From NCBI RefSeq assembly GCF_018350175.1, contig NC_058368.1, positions 78,432,001 through 78,496,000 on the forward strand: DNA of 64,000 nt. The letters run 5' to 3'. Both the position numbers and the translations under genes were made by a program. Shown here piece by piece: positions 27,075 to 38,803 of this stretch (position 1 is its first letter; each line of letters opens with the position of its first letter). The notes under the pieces are model-generated. The model did not search any database and had not been told where the DNA came from. It saw nothing but the letters and a program-made list of their open reading frames with translations. This stretch comes from Felis catus (Eukaryota).

Positions 27075-27297
27075 CTTTTAAAAAATTTTTTTTTCAACGT
27101 TTATTTATTTTTGGGACAGAGAGAGACAGAGCTTGAACGGGGGAGGGGCAGAGAGAGAGGGAGACACAGAATCGGAAACAGGCTCCAGGCTCTGAGCCAT
27201 CAGCCCAGAGCCTGACGCGGGGCTCGAACTCACAGACCGCGAGATCGTGACCTGGCTGAAGTCGGACGCTTAACCGACTGCGCCACCCAGGCGCCCC
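27075..27297 (-). mobile_element. Can-SINE, young felid subfamily
   Basis: Exact TSD TCCATCTGGTTTT (27062-27074, 27298-27310); CpGs largely intact. Confidence 0.97.
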
Positions 27298-27431
27298 TCC
27301 ATCTGGTTTTCAACAGTAAATTTGAGAAGGTTCAACCATGAGTGGTCAAAAAATCAGGACCCAAAACTCATTTTTCATCTCAGCAAGTGTCAAATATTGG
27401 TCCTCGTTCAAAGCCAAATGTAGAAATCAAG

Positions 27432-27464
<33 letters not shown>

Positions 27465-27478
27465 CACACACACACACA
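27432..27478. repeat. (CA)n microsatellite
   Basis: CA run with one CG interruption. Confidence 0.95.
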
Positions 27479-28639
27479 GAAAATAGAATCCATAAAGAAG
27501 TAATGCAAACCATGTAAGAACAGACAAAATGGAGTCATAAATGTGCAATGAACATATAAATATTCTCACCTTAACTCCAGAGATTACAAGCTCACATCCA
27601 TCCAAGCAATAGGAAGGCAACATCAGTGACTGAATGACAACTGTGCCGATGATGATAGCAATCTGGAGCCCACACACCCTATCCCAAAGGGAGACTAGGA
27701 ACCAACCCCTGCTGATTTCTGCTGAGATGAGCTCAGGTCACCCACTGAGGGTTTTCAAATAACATGAAATCTCCACATTTTTATGGGAGCTGACTCAATG
27801 TTTTTAATATCGTGTGTGCCAAACAAAACACGTCTGTGGGCCACATGTGGTCCAGAGCCAAGATATAACCCTATTCATGCACCACATAGGATTACATTAG
27901 ATATTTATATCTAAAAATGTTAGAAACTCAAGGTTTTAGTTAACATAAAGGTAATATTTTACCTTCAGGTTTTGGCAGAACAAGGGAGCAAAACACAAAC
28001 AAACAAAACCCGATGCGTATTACTCATGTATACAATTATCATCAATCAGGTCATCATCAATTAGGTTCATCTTAGAAATGTAAGTTCAGTCCAACATTAG
28101 GACATCATAAGTGATATAAAATAAGCTTTTGACAGCAAAAGAGCAGGTAGGAAAATTCACTATCTGTTCCCATTACAAAATAGCCCTCTGTGAGGCTTAA
28201 CGCATAAGGACTGGTTACCATAAAGTCTGCTTTTAGGTCAGTTGACACTGTCCCCCCATATCTCGCCCCAGCACCTAGATGCCTAACCACCAGACAAAAC
28301 ATTACAAAGGTCTTTTTTATAGAAACTTTGGCCCCAAATACTCACATCATAGCCTTCCAATTTACTCTCCCGCTTCCTGAATAATTACCAAAGATAAGGC
28401 TGCTGACTGATAAGACTTGCCCATACAAAGAGAGCTTCCACGTAGCTTTTATTGTTTCTATCTCAAATATAAGTAAGCCATTGGATTACTTAATGAAAAT
28501 CCTTGTGATAACAAAGGCTCCAAGATTAACTAGAACGGCTGATCACAGGAGCAATTGCCACTCCAGGAAATAGATGAGAGCCAAAGAGGAAAAAAAAATG
28601 TCTATGGGAAGATTCAAGAAGACAAGTTTCAAAAAGAAG

Positions 28640-29560
28640 GCTCATCCATAAAATAAGAAAAAGATGCTATAAGAAATTGAAAACCAAACAACACTAGGAA
28701 AATAAACTAAACTGAAGAGATTTTAAAATATTCAATAATAGTAGTAGGAGTATGAAATAAAGGACCTATCCTAGAAAGTGGAATAAAAATCAAAAGCATG
28801 GAAAATATGAGTGAAAAGATAAACAATATGAAAAATCACCCCCCAAAATTGCACTCAGTTTGCACTCAATTCCAAGAATTGCACTCAAGAAAAGAACAGA
28901 AAAAAATAGATGGGGAAATGATAAAAATTCGAACACAAAATAACTTCCGAGAGCCAGTGATCAGGAGTCAGAGGTAAAAGATGACCAACAAATGCCCAAC
29001 AAAATGAATGAGGAAATAATCACATTAAGTATATCATCATAAGGGGAGGCACCTGGGTGGCTCAGTCGGTTGGGCATCCGACGTTGGCTCAGGTCACAAT
29101 CTCATGGTTTGTGAGTTCGAGCCTTGCGTCTGGCTCTGTGCTGACAGCTCAGAGCCTGGAGCCTGCTTCAGATTCTGTGTCTCCCTCTCTCTGTACCTCT
29201 CTGCTTTCCCTCTCTCTCTCTCTCTCTCTCTCTCAAAAATAAACATTAAAAAAGGTATATCATCACAATAATTGAGAAGAGCGAGTTTAAAAATAAGTTT
29301 CTAAAATTTCTAAAATAAAAATCACCACAAGAATATAGGAAGCAGAAACTATCAAATTTTCTCATTACTAACAACAAAACTTCAATTAAAAGGATTGATG
29401 TCTTCATAACTGTACATAAGAAAGAATTTTAACTTAGAATTTTGCTGCAGCAAGACTTTCCGTGAAATACATTTTTCAAACACGGACACTTTCCAATTAC
29501 AAGGATTCAAAATTTATTCTTGCTCATCTTCACTTTCGAATGTGCTCTTTGGAAATAAGG
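28640..29560 (+). mobile_element. Ancient L1 ORF1/HAL1-like relic, interrupted by a SINE
   Basis: Very A-rich sense strand with ORF1-like motifs (AAATGCCCAACAAAATGAATG...CATCAT; AATTTTAACTTAGAATTTTG). Confidence 0.45.
29043..29253 (+). mobile_element. Can-SINE (SINEC_Fc-type)
   Basis: TSD GTATATCATCATAA / GTATATCATCACAA. Confidence 0.95.
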
Positions 29561-29949
29561 GATAGTTCCCCAAATGGAGTTAATAATTGGATACCAGTAG
29601 TAGTAATCACTCTTAGAATAATGGTAAGGGAACATAAAACAATAGTAGGCAGATAGTAGACACAAAGATTTTAGAAAGTCAAGGAGAAGAGAGGACTCCA
29701 AGAGATAGTTATATTAAAAAGAGGACATATAAGATTTTTGATGCTCTCTTTTAGAACTTGTAACATATAATAAAACAATAAAGACAAATGATACAAGGAA
29801 GAAAAGGTAATCACGAATGATGTAGTATTTAAGGTAATTAGAGGCAGTTCTGGAGAAACAAACAAATGCATACACACCAGCAGAAGATGAAAACTATCTC
29901 TCTGGTTAATAGATGATAGATTGATGGCTAGATAGAGACATGGATGTCT

Positions 29950-30037
29950 AGATAGATGATGGATGGATGGATGGATGGATGGATGATGGATGAATGGGTA
30001 AAGACAGGATGGATGGATGGGTGATGGATGGATGGAT
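29950..30037. repeat. (GGAT)n tetranucleotide repeat
   Basis: Degenerate GGAT/GATA array. Confidence 0.9.
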
Positions 30038-30080
30038 AAAGACAGGTAGTGGTATAACTCAGAATAAGAGAAGCTATTGA

Positions 30081-30335
30081 CTTACAGAAGCATTATTTCC
30101 AACAGCCAAGATGTGGAAAGAGCCAAATGTCCATGGACTGATGAATGGATAAGGAAGATGTAGTACATATACAAGGGAATATTACTAAGCCATAAAAAGA
30201 ATGACATCTTGCCATTTGCAATGACATGGATAGAGCTAGAGAGAATTATGCTAAGTGAAATAAGGCAGTCAGAGAAAGACAAATACCAAATGATTTCACT
30301 CATGGGTGGAATTTAAGAAACAACACAAACAACAG

Positions 30336-30383
<48 letters not shown>

Positions 30384-30591
30384 AACCAAGAAACAGTCTC
30401 TTGACGATAGATTTCACACTGATGGTTACCAGAGGGGAGGTAGGTGGGGGAATGTGTAACATAGGGGGTGAGGATTAAGGGGAGCCCTTGTCATGATGGG
30501 CACCTGGTGATTTATGGAAGTGTTGAATCTTTATATTGTAAGCCTGAAAGTAATATAACACTGTATGCTAACTGGGATAAAACTTAAAAAA
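30081..30591 (+). mobile_element. 5'-truncated carnivore L1 with internal (GA)n
   Basis: L1 ORF2 end and 3'UTR; 15-bp TSD AAGAGAAGCTATTGA (30066-30080) / AAGAGAAGCTTTTGA (30592-30606). Confidence 0.92.
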
Positions 30592-30850
30592 AAGAGAAGC
30601 TTTTGAAAAAAGGACAAGCCTATCAATTGTTTAACCATGGGAATAAGACTGTATACCTGTGAGAACTTTAGTTTTTAATCAGAAAAAAACTGTTAGAAAC
30701 CCAGTAGAGCAATAAAATCATGAAAGTAAGTGTAGCTTCATGGTGGGGCATAGAAAGAAATAAATGTATATTAATTTCATTATCTTTCTGCCAGGAAATC
30801 AATCAATATTGTCTGATATTGAAATACAGCTTCAAAAAGCCTAGAGTAGT

Positions 30851-31055
30851 GGGGCACCTGGGTGGCTCAGTCAGTTGAACGTCTGACATCAGCTCAGGTC
30901 ATGATCTCACTGTTTGTGAGTTCGAGGCTCACATCAGGCTCTCTGCAGTCAGCACAGAGCCCGCATCAGACCCTCTCTCCCCCTCTCTCGGTCCTTTCCC
31001 AACTTGCTCCCTCTTTCTCTCTCTCAAAAATAAATAAACAACATTAAAAACAAAA
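30851..31055 (+). mobile_element. Can-SINE
   Basis: GGGGCACCTGGGTGGCTCAG head, AAAAATAAATAAAC tail. Confidence 0.95.
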
Positions 31056-33032
31056 GCCAAGCACAGGACTGCAAATATTTAAAAAAAATTGTTGGTTTTT
31101 TGTTTTCTTTTGTTTTGTTTTTGCTTTTCTGCTTATCCTTAATAATATAGATTTACTTCTCTTGCAGTAAAGGAACATTTCCCTGAAGTTAAAAAATGTC
31201 TTTAGTTTCACTTTTTCTTTCTTCTGTTAAATTCAACTTATATTAAATTGTATACCATTAACTTAAAAGCAGCATGTTTGTTAGTGAATTTATTAGTAAA
31301 CATTCCTGGCTTAATAATTGTTTCATTTGTAATCGCACAACTGAGGGATTGTTATGTGGGGACATCATTTCCAACTACACAATGTCACCTACTCACTGAA
31401 CCCTTTCATCTCACACAGCATATCACTAAACAAAATTCAAGCCTGAGCCTTCAGTCAAAGGTAGGAGAATCGAACTGCATACTGTCAGTGGTAAATGTTT
31501 TGAGTGAAGACTAAATGATTTGTCTTTGGAGGTCTTATATCCTTTGGGTGTTACTTTACTCACCTGTCAAGATGATGAAAACTTTGGTCCTTCACATTCT
31601 TGTTCGATTTCTATGACATTGCCATATTCTTTCCTTAATAGACCAGTTAATGGATGTAACAATGCAAAAACCTAATGTTTGATTTTAAAGTATTCATAGA
31701 ACTATGGCTGTGGGTTCTCAGCCATACAGAATTTTAGATGAATTTGGCTTTACATTCAGGGTATGTTGAGACTACATTTGCATATACATCTTCTGTGGTG
31801 AAGAGTTATAATACTTCAGAGATTTCAGTGTAAATTTAAATAGATGAGGAGTTGGTTTTCAGTAATCAAAAATGTTCCGGATGAAATTTGTCTAAACGGT
31901 ACACATTTGTTTATACACACAAAAAATTAGAGACATAAACTGACATGCATTTGAGCTGAGACAAAATTATAGCCATGCGTATATTGATGCCATTTTAATA
32001 AAGTTATTTTATAGTTTCTTATGAGTCCCTCCAACTAGAAAGTTACACACACACACGCATGCGCACACATTTGGGTGTTTAGGTGTTTTTTGAGGCTAAG
32101 TCATACACATGACTCTGTAATTTTAGGTAAATGCAGCACCAACAAAAGTCCCAAAGTCCTAAAGACAAGGAAGGGTTCCATAAGTCCTGTCTAATTCTAG
32201 ACTCATAGGATTTCATATAGGCCAATAGAAATGTCACCAGTTGTAACCCTTACTATCAAATGTAAGACTGAAAAATCTGACTGCATAAAAATTTACAGCT
32301 TGTGTACAGAAGGTGACATCAGAAGCCAAGTAAAAAGACAAGGTCTCCATTTACAGCACTATGGCCAACCATAAAAGCTAAACAACATCCCCACCACAAA
32401 ATACTGAAAAGATGCTGGATCATACATTCAGACTTTCTAATGCATGGCTTCGCCCCAAGTAAATACAAAGAGTTCTCAGTTTTCAAAAGTTCCAGAACCA
32501 AGTCTCCAGAAAGGTAAACCAGCACCTTGTCCCTCCGTTGCTATGGGGCTTGGAATCACACCACCTGTGTGCTTTTTTTTTTTCCTTTTCTCTCTTTTTC
32601 TTTTGCTATAATATAAATTGAGCTAACTTTATGGAGGTGGAATTGGCAGAAGCAATACAAATTAAACTATAGATGTGTGTTCTCAGCCAAAGATTTCACT
32701 TCTAGATTTATCTACTCATACAGGTGCACACAAAAATACCTACAAGGATGTTTTGAAAGGTAAAACACACAAAAAAGAAATAAGTGGATGCCATCAATAA
32801 GGGTGTGGAACTATATAAATTAAAGAATATTCATTTTATACAATAAAAATACTGGGCGGCTAATAAATAAAAGAATGCGTCTGGGGTGCTGTCATGACAT
32901 ATGGCCGGTGAGAATTAAGTAAATTTAGCGTGAGCTCATTAATAAGTGTGTACATGTTCCTATACAAATAAATAAATTTAAAACATACATAGCATTGTTA
33001 AAAGTGGTTACTTCTTAGAAAGAGTAGATGCC

Positions 33033-33207
33033 GGGTGCCTAAGGTTAAGCATCTTTGACTTAGGCTCGGGTCATGATTTCATGGTACGTGAGATCAAGCC
33101 CCGCATCGAGCTCTCTGCTGTCAGCCAGAGCCCACTTTGGATCCTCTGTCCCCCCTCTCTCCCTGTCCCCTACCCCCCCCTTCAAAAATAAATCAACATT
33201 TAAAAAA
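33033..33207 (+). mobile_element. Can-SINE with a small 5' deletion
   Basis: GGGTGCCT..GGTTAAGCATC...GGTCATGAT...AAAAATAAATCAAC. Confidence 0.9.
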
Positions 33208-33520
33208 GGGTGGAGACCATTTTGTAATATAATTGCAATGATCATTGTAACAAGTTTAAGAAAAATCGACCTTTTTTTTTATTTGCTTTTTTATGTGGAC
33301 TCAAACGAATCAAGATCAGGGTATAAAAGGCTATGCCCTGTGTCCTTCCTTCTGTTTCCTGTTATCTGAGACAGTGACAGGGCCCTGAACAGTAAACCCC
33401 ATTCAAGAAAAAAGCTCTGGGAGAAATATGCCTGTAGCTTTAAGAAGTGGAAGTTTGGAGTAATATAATGTATATATAGTAGAATGTTGAGCACAGAAAT
33501 CAACAAAATTCAAAGCTTTT

Positions 33521-33663
33521 ATTTTTTTTATTTTTATTTTTTTTAGTAGGTTTTACGTCCAATGCAGAGCTTGGCACAGAGCCCAGTGTGGAGCCTGAAT
33601 TCACAACCCTGAGATCAAGACATGAGTTGAGATCAAGTGTCAGACTGAGCCACCAGGTGCCCC
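33521..33663 (-). mobile_element. Short Can-SINE, older subfamily
   Basis: TSD TCAAAGCTTTT / TCAAGGCTTTT; ends GACTGAGCCACCAGGTGCCC. Confidence 0.85.
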
Positions 33664-34758
33664 TCAAGGCTTTTTATAAATGTAGCTGGTATGGCTCTCA
33701 ATCCATCCACTCATGTCAGCCAGATATATGTAGATTTCAGTTCTTTTCAGGCCAGGAAGCAGTGTGCATATCTCATGTCTTATGAAACATCAAGGCAATG
33801 AGTAGCATGTCTACTTTCTACCCATCAGTCTACCTGAATCACCCCAACCACACGTCTTCTTGGCCCTCATGGGCCCTGTGGGCATGATGCAGGGGGTGCC
33901 GGGGTCCTACACACTCACCCTTCCAGGTACGCAGACATGATTTCCATCTGAGTCTTACTACCTTCAAGGGTAAGGAGGCATCAAAGCAGCCAAGCCGCTG
34001 GCCAGGAGACTCTGCTCTCATAACCCGTTGATCTCCCCCCACCTCCAGGTGTGCTGGGACTCCCCTTACCCCATTTTCTGTCTTTCAAGCCTGTCCTCCT
34101 GCCCAGACCCCTCCAGAAAAACCAGGGTAATATCTCCAATCGGTTTAGGTTTTACAATAGATGAGGAGAGACAGATTGCCTCTGTTTTCATCCCAGCCCA
34201 AATCCCCAGAGGAGGGACGTATAAAAGAATTACCCGGTTTGGCTACTTGCTCAAAATGAGGAGAAAGAGAAAATTAGAGGAAGGATCAGAACAATATCCT
34301 ATTTCAATAACTTATTTTGGCCACATAAAGAAAGCAGATTGAAGCAAGTCAAACTTGGACCACAGTGAAAATGCTAACGGCAAGAAAGCATCAGAGAAAA
34401 CAAAGATTGGTTGTCTAATTTAAAATCAAAGTTTAAATAAAACCATAGCATCAAGTTAAAAGAGAAGGACAAACAAGCCTCTGAAGCCAACAAAACAACT
34501 AAAAGATGATTTAAAACCTGCAGTCCAGCAAGGCTTCCTGTATACAGGAGGTGCTCAGCATGTGGTCCCTCTCCTGGGGGGTCACAGAGAAGCAAGAAAG
34601 AACCTGGGGAGGGGGAGGGGGTAGCTAGAAGTGTCCAGGCTCCCAGAGTGAGCCTCATGCCCACACAGGTCAAGTCCACCAAGCTGCCACAGTGCTTTCC
34701 TGAGTTCTGTTACAGAGCGGGCAAATGTTTCCAGTCAACACCTTCTAAGTCAAGATCA

Positions 34759-34836
34759 TTTTATTGTTTTCTTTAAGGTTGATTTATTTTTTGAGAGAAA
34801 GAGAGACAGAGTGCCAGCAGGGGAGGAGCAAAGAGC
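34759..34836 (-). mobile_element. Can-SINE 3' fragment only
   Basis: Tail plus the GAGAGACAGAGTG...GGGGAGG segment; tRNA-derived head absent. Confidence 0.75.
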
Positions 34837-34951
34837 AGTTCTGCGGAGACCAACGCCTCCCATTATCTGGGGTCCCTTGACCCTAAACACTCCTCTCTCG
34901 GTCCATTGCCCCTCTTCTGCAGAAACACATGTTTGAGCAGCTCCCACTTTA

Positions 34952-35184
34952 TTTTTTTATTTATTTTCTTAATCTTTTCAACATTTATTTATTATTGAGA
35001 GACAGAGAGACACAGAGCATAAGCAGGGGAGGGGCAGAGAAAGAGGGAGACACAGAATCCAAAGCAGGCTCCAGGCTCCGAGCTGTCAGCACAGAGCCCT
35101 CTGTGGGGCTCGAACTCACAAACCACGAGATCATGACCTGAGCCGAAGTCGGACGCTCAACCGACTGAGCCACCCAGGTGCCCC
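34952..35184 (-). mobile_element. Can-SINE (SINEC_Fc-type)
   Basis: Exact 16-bp TSD AGCAGCTCCCACTTTA (34936-34951, 35186-35201). Confidence 0.97.
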
Positions 35185-35569
35185 AAGCAGCTCCCACTTT
35201 AAACAACACAAACAATCCTCCAAATTTTAAGCGCTCCGGCCCCTGCTAAACTCCAAGCTAATAATTTGAAAATTGGACGAAATGATGATTATCTAGGATA
35301 AATGAAATGTTTAACGTTGACCTCAGAAAATGTGTGAAATGTAGAAAGGAAATTACCAAAGGAAAAATTTAGAAAATCAGCAAATAGCTTCCTCTTATAA
35401 ATAAGGTGATATATTATAAAAGCAGCATCTTGATCGAGTTTGAAAATCTAACTCATAAAATTCTACACTATTCCTGATAAAATGACTTCTGTCATAGGTT
35501 GTAATGCTTTTCTCTACAAATCAATCCAATGGATCTCTTTGGCCTTGTAGAAAATCTACAAACCCCTTT

Positions 35570-35990
35570 TATTATCATACTCACAAAAAAATCCCTTAAT
35601 GAACTAACCCTTGCCTGTCTCTTTATTTCCTACTTTGTACATTTGATTATGCTGCCAGCATGCCGAGTAATTTGCGTTTTTCTGACCTTGACCTTGTCTG
35701 TCCATTACGCTGTAAGTAATTTCTTCTGTGGCACGTCCTTCACTTTCTCATTTTGCTAAATGCTAATTCATGCTTCAAGACTCAGGTCTGGTGTCCATAT
35801 GCACAGGAACTTAAAGCGATCCTCTTAATGTTTTGTATTCGCCTCTATTTTAAATTTTATGCTGCCTTTAGAGATAATGATCACCATTCAGTAGACTGGG
35901 TTCTTTGAAGCAATGGTTTTGTCTTCATCATCCCTGTGTGCCCAGAGCAAAGCAGGATCCAGGAGCTTGTCAGCTATGTGTGAAACAGTA
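35570..35990 (+). mobile_element. L2 3' relic
   Basis: CTAATTCATGCTTCAAGACTCAG...AGACTGGGTTCTTTGAAG...GTCTTCATCATCCCTGTGTGCCCAG resembles the L2 3' end. Confidence 0.5.
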
Positions 35991-36345
35991 AATCTGTCCT
36001 TATTCCTGAGTGTCTCCACTCTTGGAGCCGTCCTTTTTTCCTAGGTGTCCAGGGTTCTCATATGGAACTTAGCAAGAAAACGTCCCATAGAAGTCTGTGT
36101 TGGCTAATGTACTTGGCTTGTAGAGACCCTATGTTAATATAATAATAATCAAAACCCTAAGGATGACAATGAGAGCGTGCCACTGGAATGACATCTTGTG
36201 GTTGATAGAATCAAGCCCATAACTCAGGCCATTAACTTAAATCTGTTAGGTCAGACTTGACCAGGGGGAAAGTGTGTGGGTGATAGAAAAGGCAAAGAGA
36301 AAGGGGTGGCTTGGGGCAGGAGAAAGGGCTTCTCTGTTTCTGCTG

Positions 36346-36422
36346 TTTATTTTTATTGCTTTATATTTCTTTTTGTTAGTTTAGAGACAGAGAGAGAAAG
36401 AGAGCGTGAGTAGGGGAGAAGG

Positions 36423-36475
<53 letters not shown>

Positions 36476-36591
36476 ATCTCAAACAGGCTCCATGCTCAGT
36501 GTAGAGCTGGACACGGGGCTCAATCCCATGACCCTGGGATCATGACCTGAGCCTAAACCATGAGTTGGAATCTCAAGCAACTGAGCCACCC
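36346..36591 (-). mobile_element. Can-SINE with expanded (GA)n
   Basis: Antisense SINE body CAGGCTCCATGCTCAGTG...GGGCTCAATCCCATGACC. Confidence 0.92.
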
Positions 36592-37389
36592 TCTTAATAT
36601 TTCTGATGGAAATACTGCCTTTGTATTCTCTCTGTTCACATCAGTGAATCCTAGTCGGAAGGGTGTGCTTTCCTGGTGGGAAGACAGCTCCATAAAGGAG
36701 ACACTTTCCTCTCACCCCACCCGCCATGGTTAGTGAGGGTTACAGCTGCATGGGACTGCCTTTTACCAATTGCCTTTTAAGCCTGCCGCACTTACTACGG
36801 TCGTATCCATTTCGCTTCCAACATAAGGAGAGTAACCACACCATCCTGTAGTAACTCTTCTACTATAGTTATTGTCCTTCCATTGCATTGAGAGGCTTGC
36901 ACGGTTCCCATACATGATTTCCCCCTCTGTCCCAGGCAGAAGGAATGGCTCTCTTGCAATAGTTGGTCCCAGTAAAGACAGAGTAAATGCATTCTTTAAT
37001 CAGAATATGTTGCAGCCTAATATTTATTACGAATTTGTTTTGGGGCCCTTAAACAACCAGGCAGGTGAATCAATTTGACCGCTTAAATCAGTTAACTTGA
37101 TGGTTTGTCCTTGATCCACTGGTGTTACCGTGGGATGGCTTTGGAATATTTGGTTTTAAGAGAAAGGGATGAAATAAGGTCAATCAATGATTAGGTGTCT
37201 TTTCTTTATATGAAATGTAAAAGACTGTCCTCGTTCTAACGTATGCTTTTAGCCAGTTGACCCAAGGATCTCCTACTCATGCACTAACTTATAACACAAC
37301 TTTTTAAAAGAAAATAAGGCTGTGGCCGTGAACGAAGGTGCAAAGACACATCTCTATTCAAGAATAAGTCCGTCTGAGAGTGTAAAATT

Positions 37390-37634
37390 TGTATTTTATA
37401 ATTTCATTTGTATAAAATGTTCTGAGTAGGCAAACCTAGAGAGACAGAAAGGAGATTATTGTTTGTCAGGGGCTAAGGGGAGAAGGAAGTGGGGGGTTAC
37501 TGCTAATTGAGAGGGTGTGTCTTCCTGGGGTGTGAGACTGTTCTGGAATTAGACGGTGGTAATGATTGCACCTCTCTGAATACACTAAAACCACTGCATT
37601 GTACTCACCGAAAGGGTAAATTCTATGATATGTG
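37390..37634 (+). mobile_element. L1MB-like 3' end
   Basis: TAGGCAAACC...GAGACAGAAAGGAGATTA...GAATACACTAAAACCACTG...TATGTGAATTACATCTCAATAAA. Confidence 0.85.
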
Positions 37635-38261
37635 AATTACATCTCAATAAAAAATGGCATGGACAGGTTGTATCTGTGCTGTATTTCAGTTTGCCTCAGT
37701 ATTGAAAACACAGCATTTCTTTCCTTCAACTACGCTCTTTGTTTTTAAGGCCAGAAACATTGTTTAGTGGCTCATATTATTCTTATATTAATTATAACCT
37801 ATTCAGATATTCTTATAACTTTTGGCTACCTTCACCTACTTTTGCCCACCCCTCACCCCCCACCTCTGGCAACCATCAGTCTATTCTCTATATCTATGAC
37901 TTTGGGCTTTTTAGATTCCACCGATAGGTGAAATCATACAGTATTCCTCTTTCTCCAACTTATTTCCCTTGGCATTAAGACCCTTGGTTTTCACGGCTGG
38001 ATAACGTTCCATTGTATATATACCACAATTTCCTTACCCAGGCATCTGTGGAGAGACAAGTAGGTTATTGCCATAACTTGACTGTTCTAAATAATGCTTT
38101 GAGAGAGTGATTTTGTTTCCTTCAGTTAGAAACTCAGAAGTGGGATTGCTGGATCATAGGATAGTTCTATTTTTTATTGTTTTGAGGAACCTCCGGACTA
38201 TTTTCCACAGAGGCTGCACCAGTTTGCATGCCCACCCGCACTGCACAAGGATTGCCTTTTC

Positions 38262-38498
38262 GGGGCTCCGGGGAGGCTTAGTTGGTTAAGCGTCCGACTC
38301 CTGATTTTGGGTCAGGTCATGATCTCCCAGTTCATGAGATCGAGCCCCACGTGGGGCTCTGAGCTGACAGCAGGCGGCCTGCTTGGGATTCTCTTTCTCC
38401 CTCTCTCTCTGCCCTTCCCCTTCTCACGCTTGCTCTCTCCCTCTCTCAAAATAAATAAACTTGAAAAAAAAAAGACCAAAAAAGTTTAAGAAAAAAAC
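38262..38498 (+). mobile_element. Can-SINE nested in L1
   Basis: TSD AAGGATTGCCTTTTC (38247-38261) / AAGGTTTGCCTTTTC (38499-38513). Confidence 0.95.
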
Positions 38499-38600
38499 AA
38501 GGTTTGCCTTTTCTCCACATCTTTGTCAACACTTGTCACTTCTTTTCTTTTTAATGACAGTCATTCTAACAGGTGTGAGGTGATATCTTATTGTGGGTTT

Positions 38601-38803
38601 TTTTTAAGTTTCTTTATTCTGAGAGAGAGACAGAGGGCGTACAAGTGGGAAAGGGGCAGAGAGGGAGAAAGGGAGAATCCCAAGCAGACTCTGCAGTGTC
38701 AGCACAGAGCCCGACGCAAGGCTCGATCTCACAAACCACGAGATCGTGACCTGAACTGAAATCAGAGCCACACGCTTAATAGACTGAGCCACCCAGGCGC
38801 CCC
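38601..38803 (-). mobile_element. Can-SINE nested in L1
   Basis: TSD TCTTATTGTGGGTTT / TCTCATTGTGGTTTT. Confidence 0.95.
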
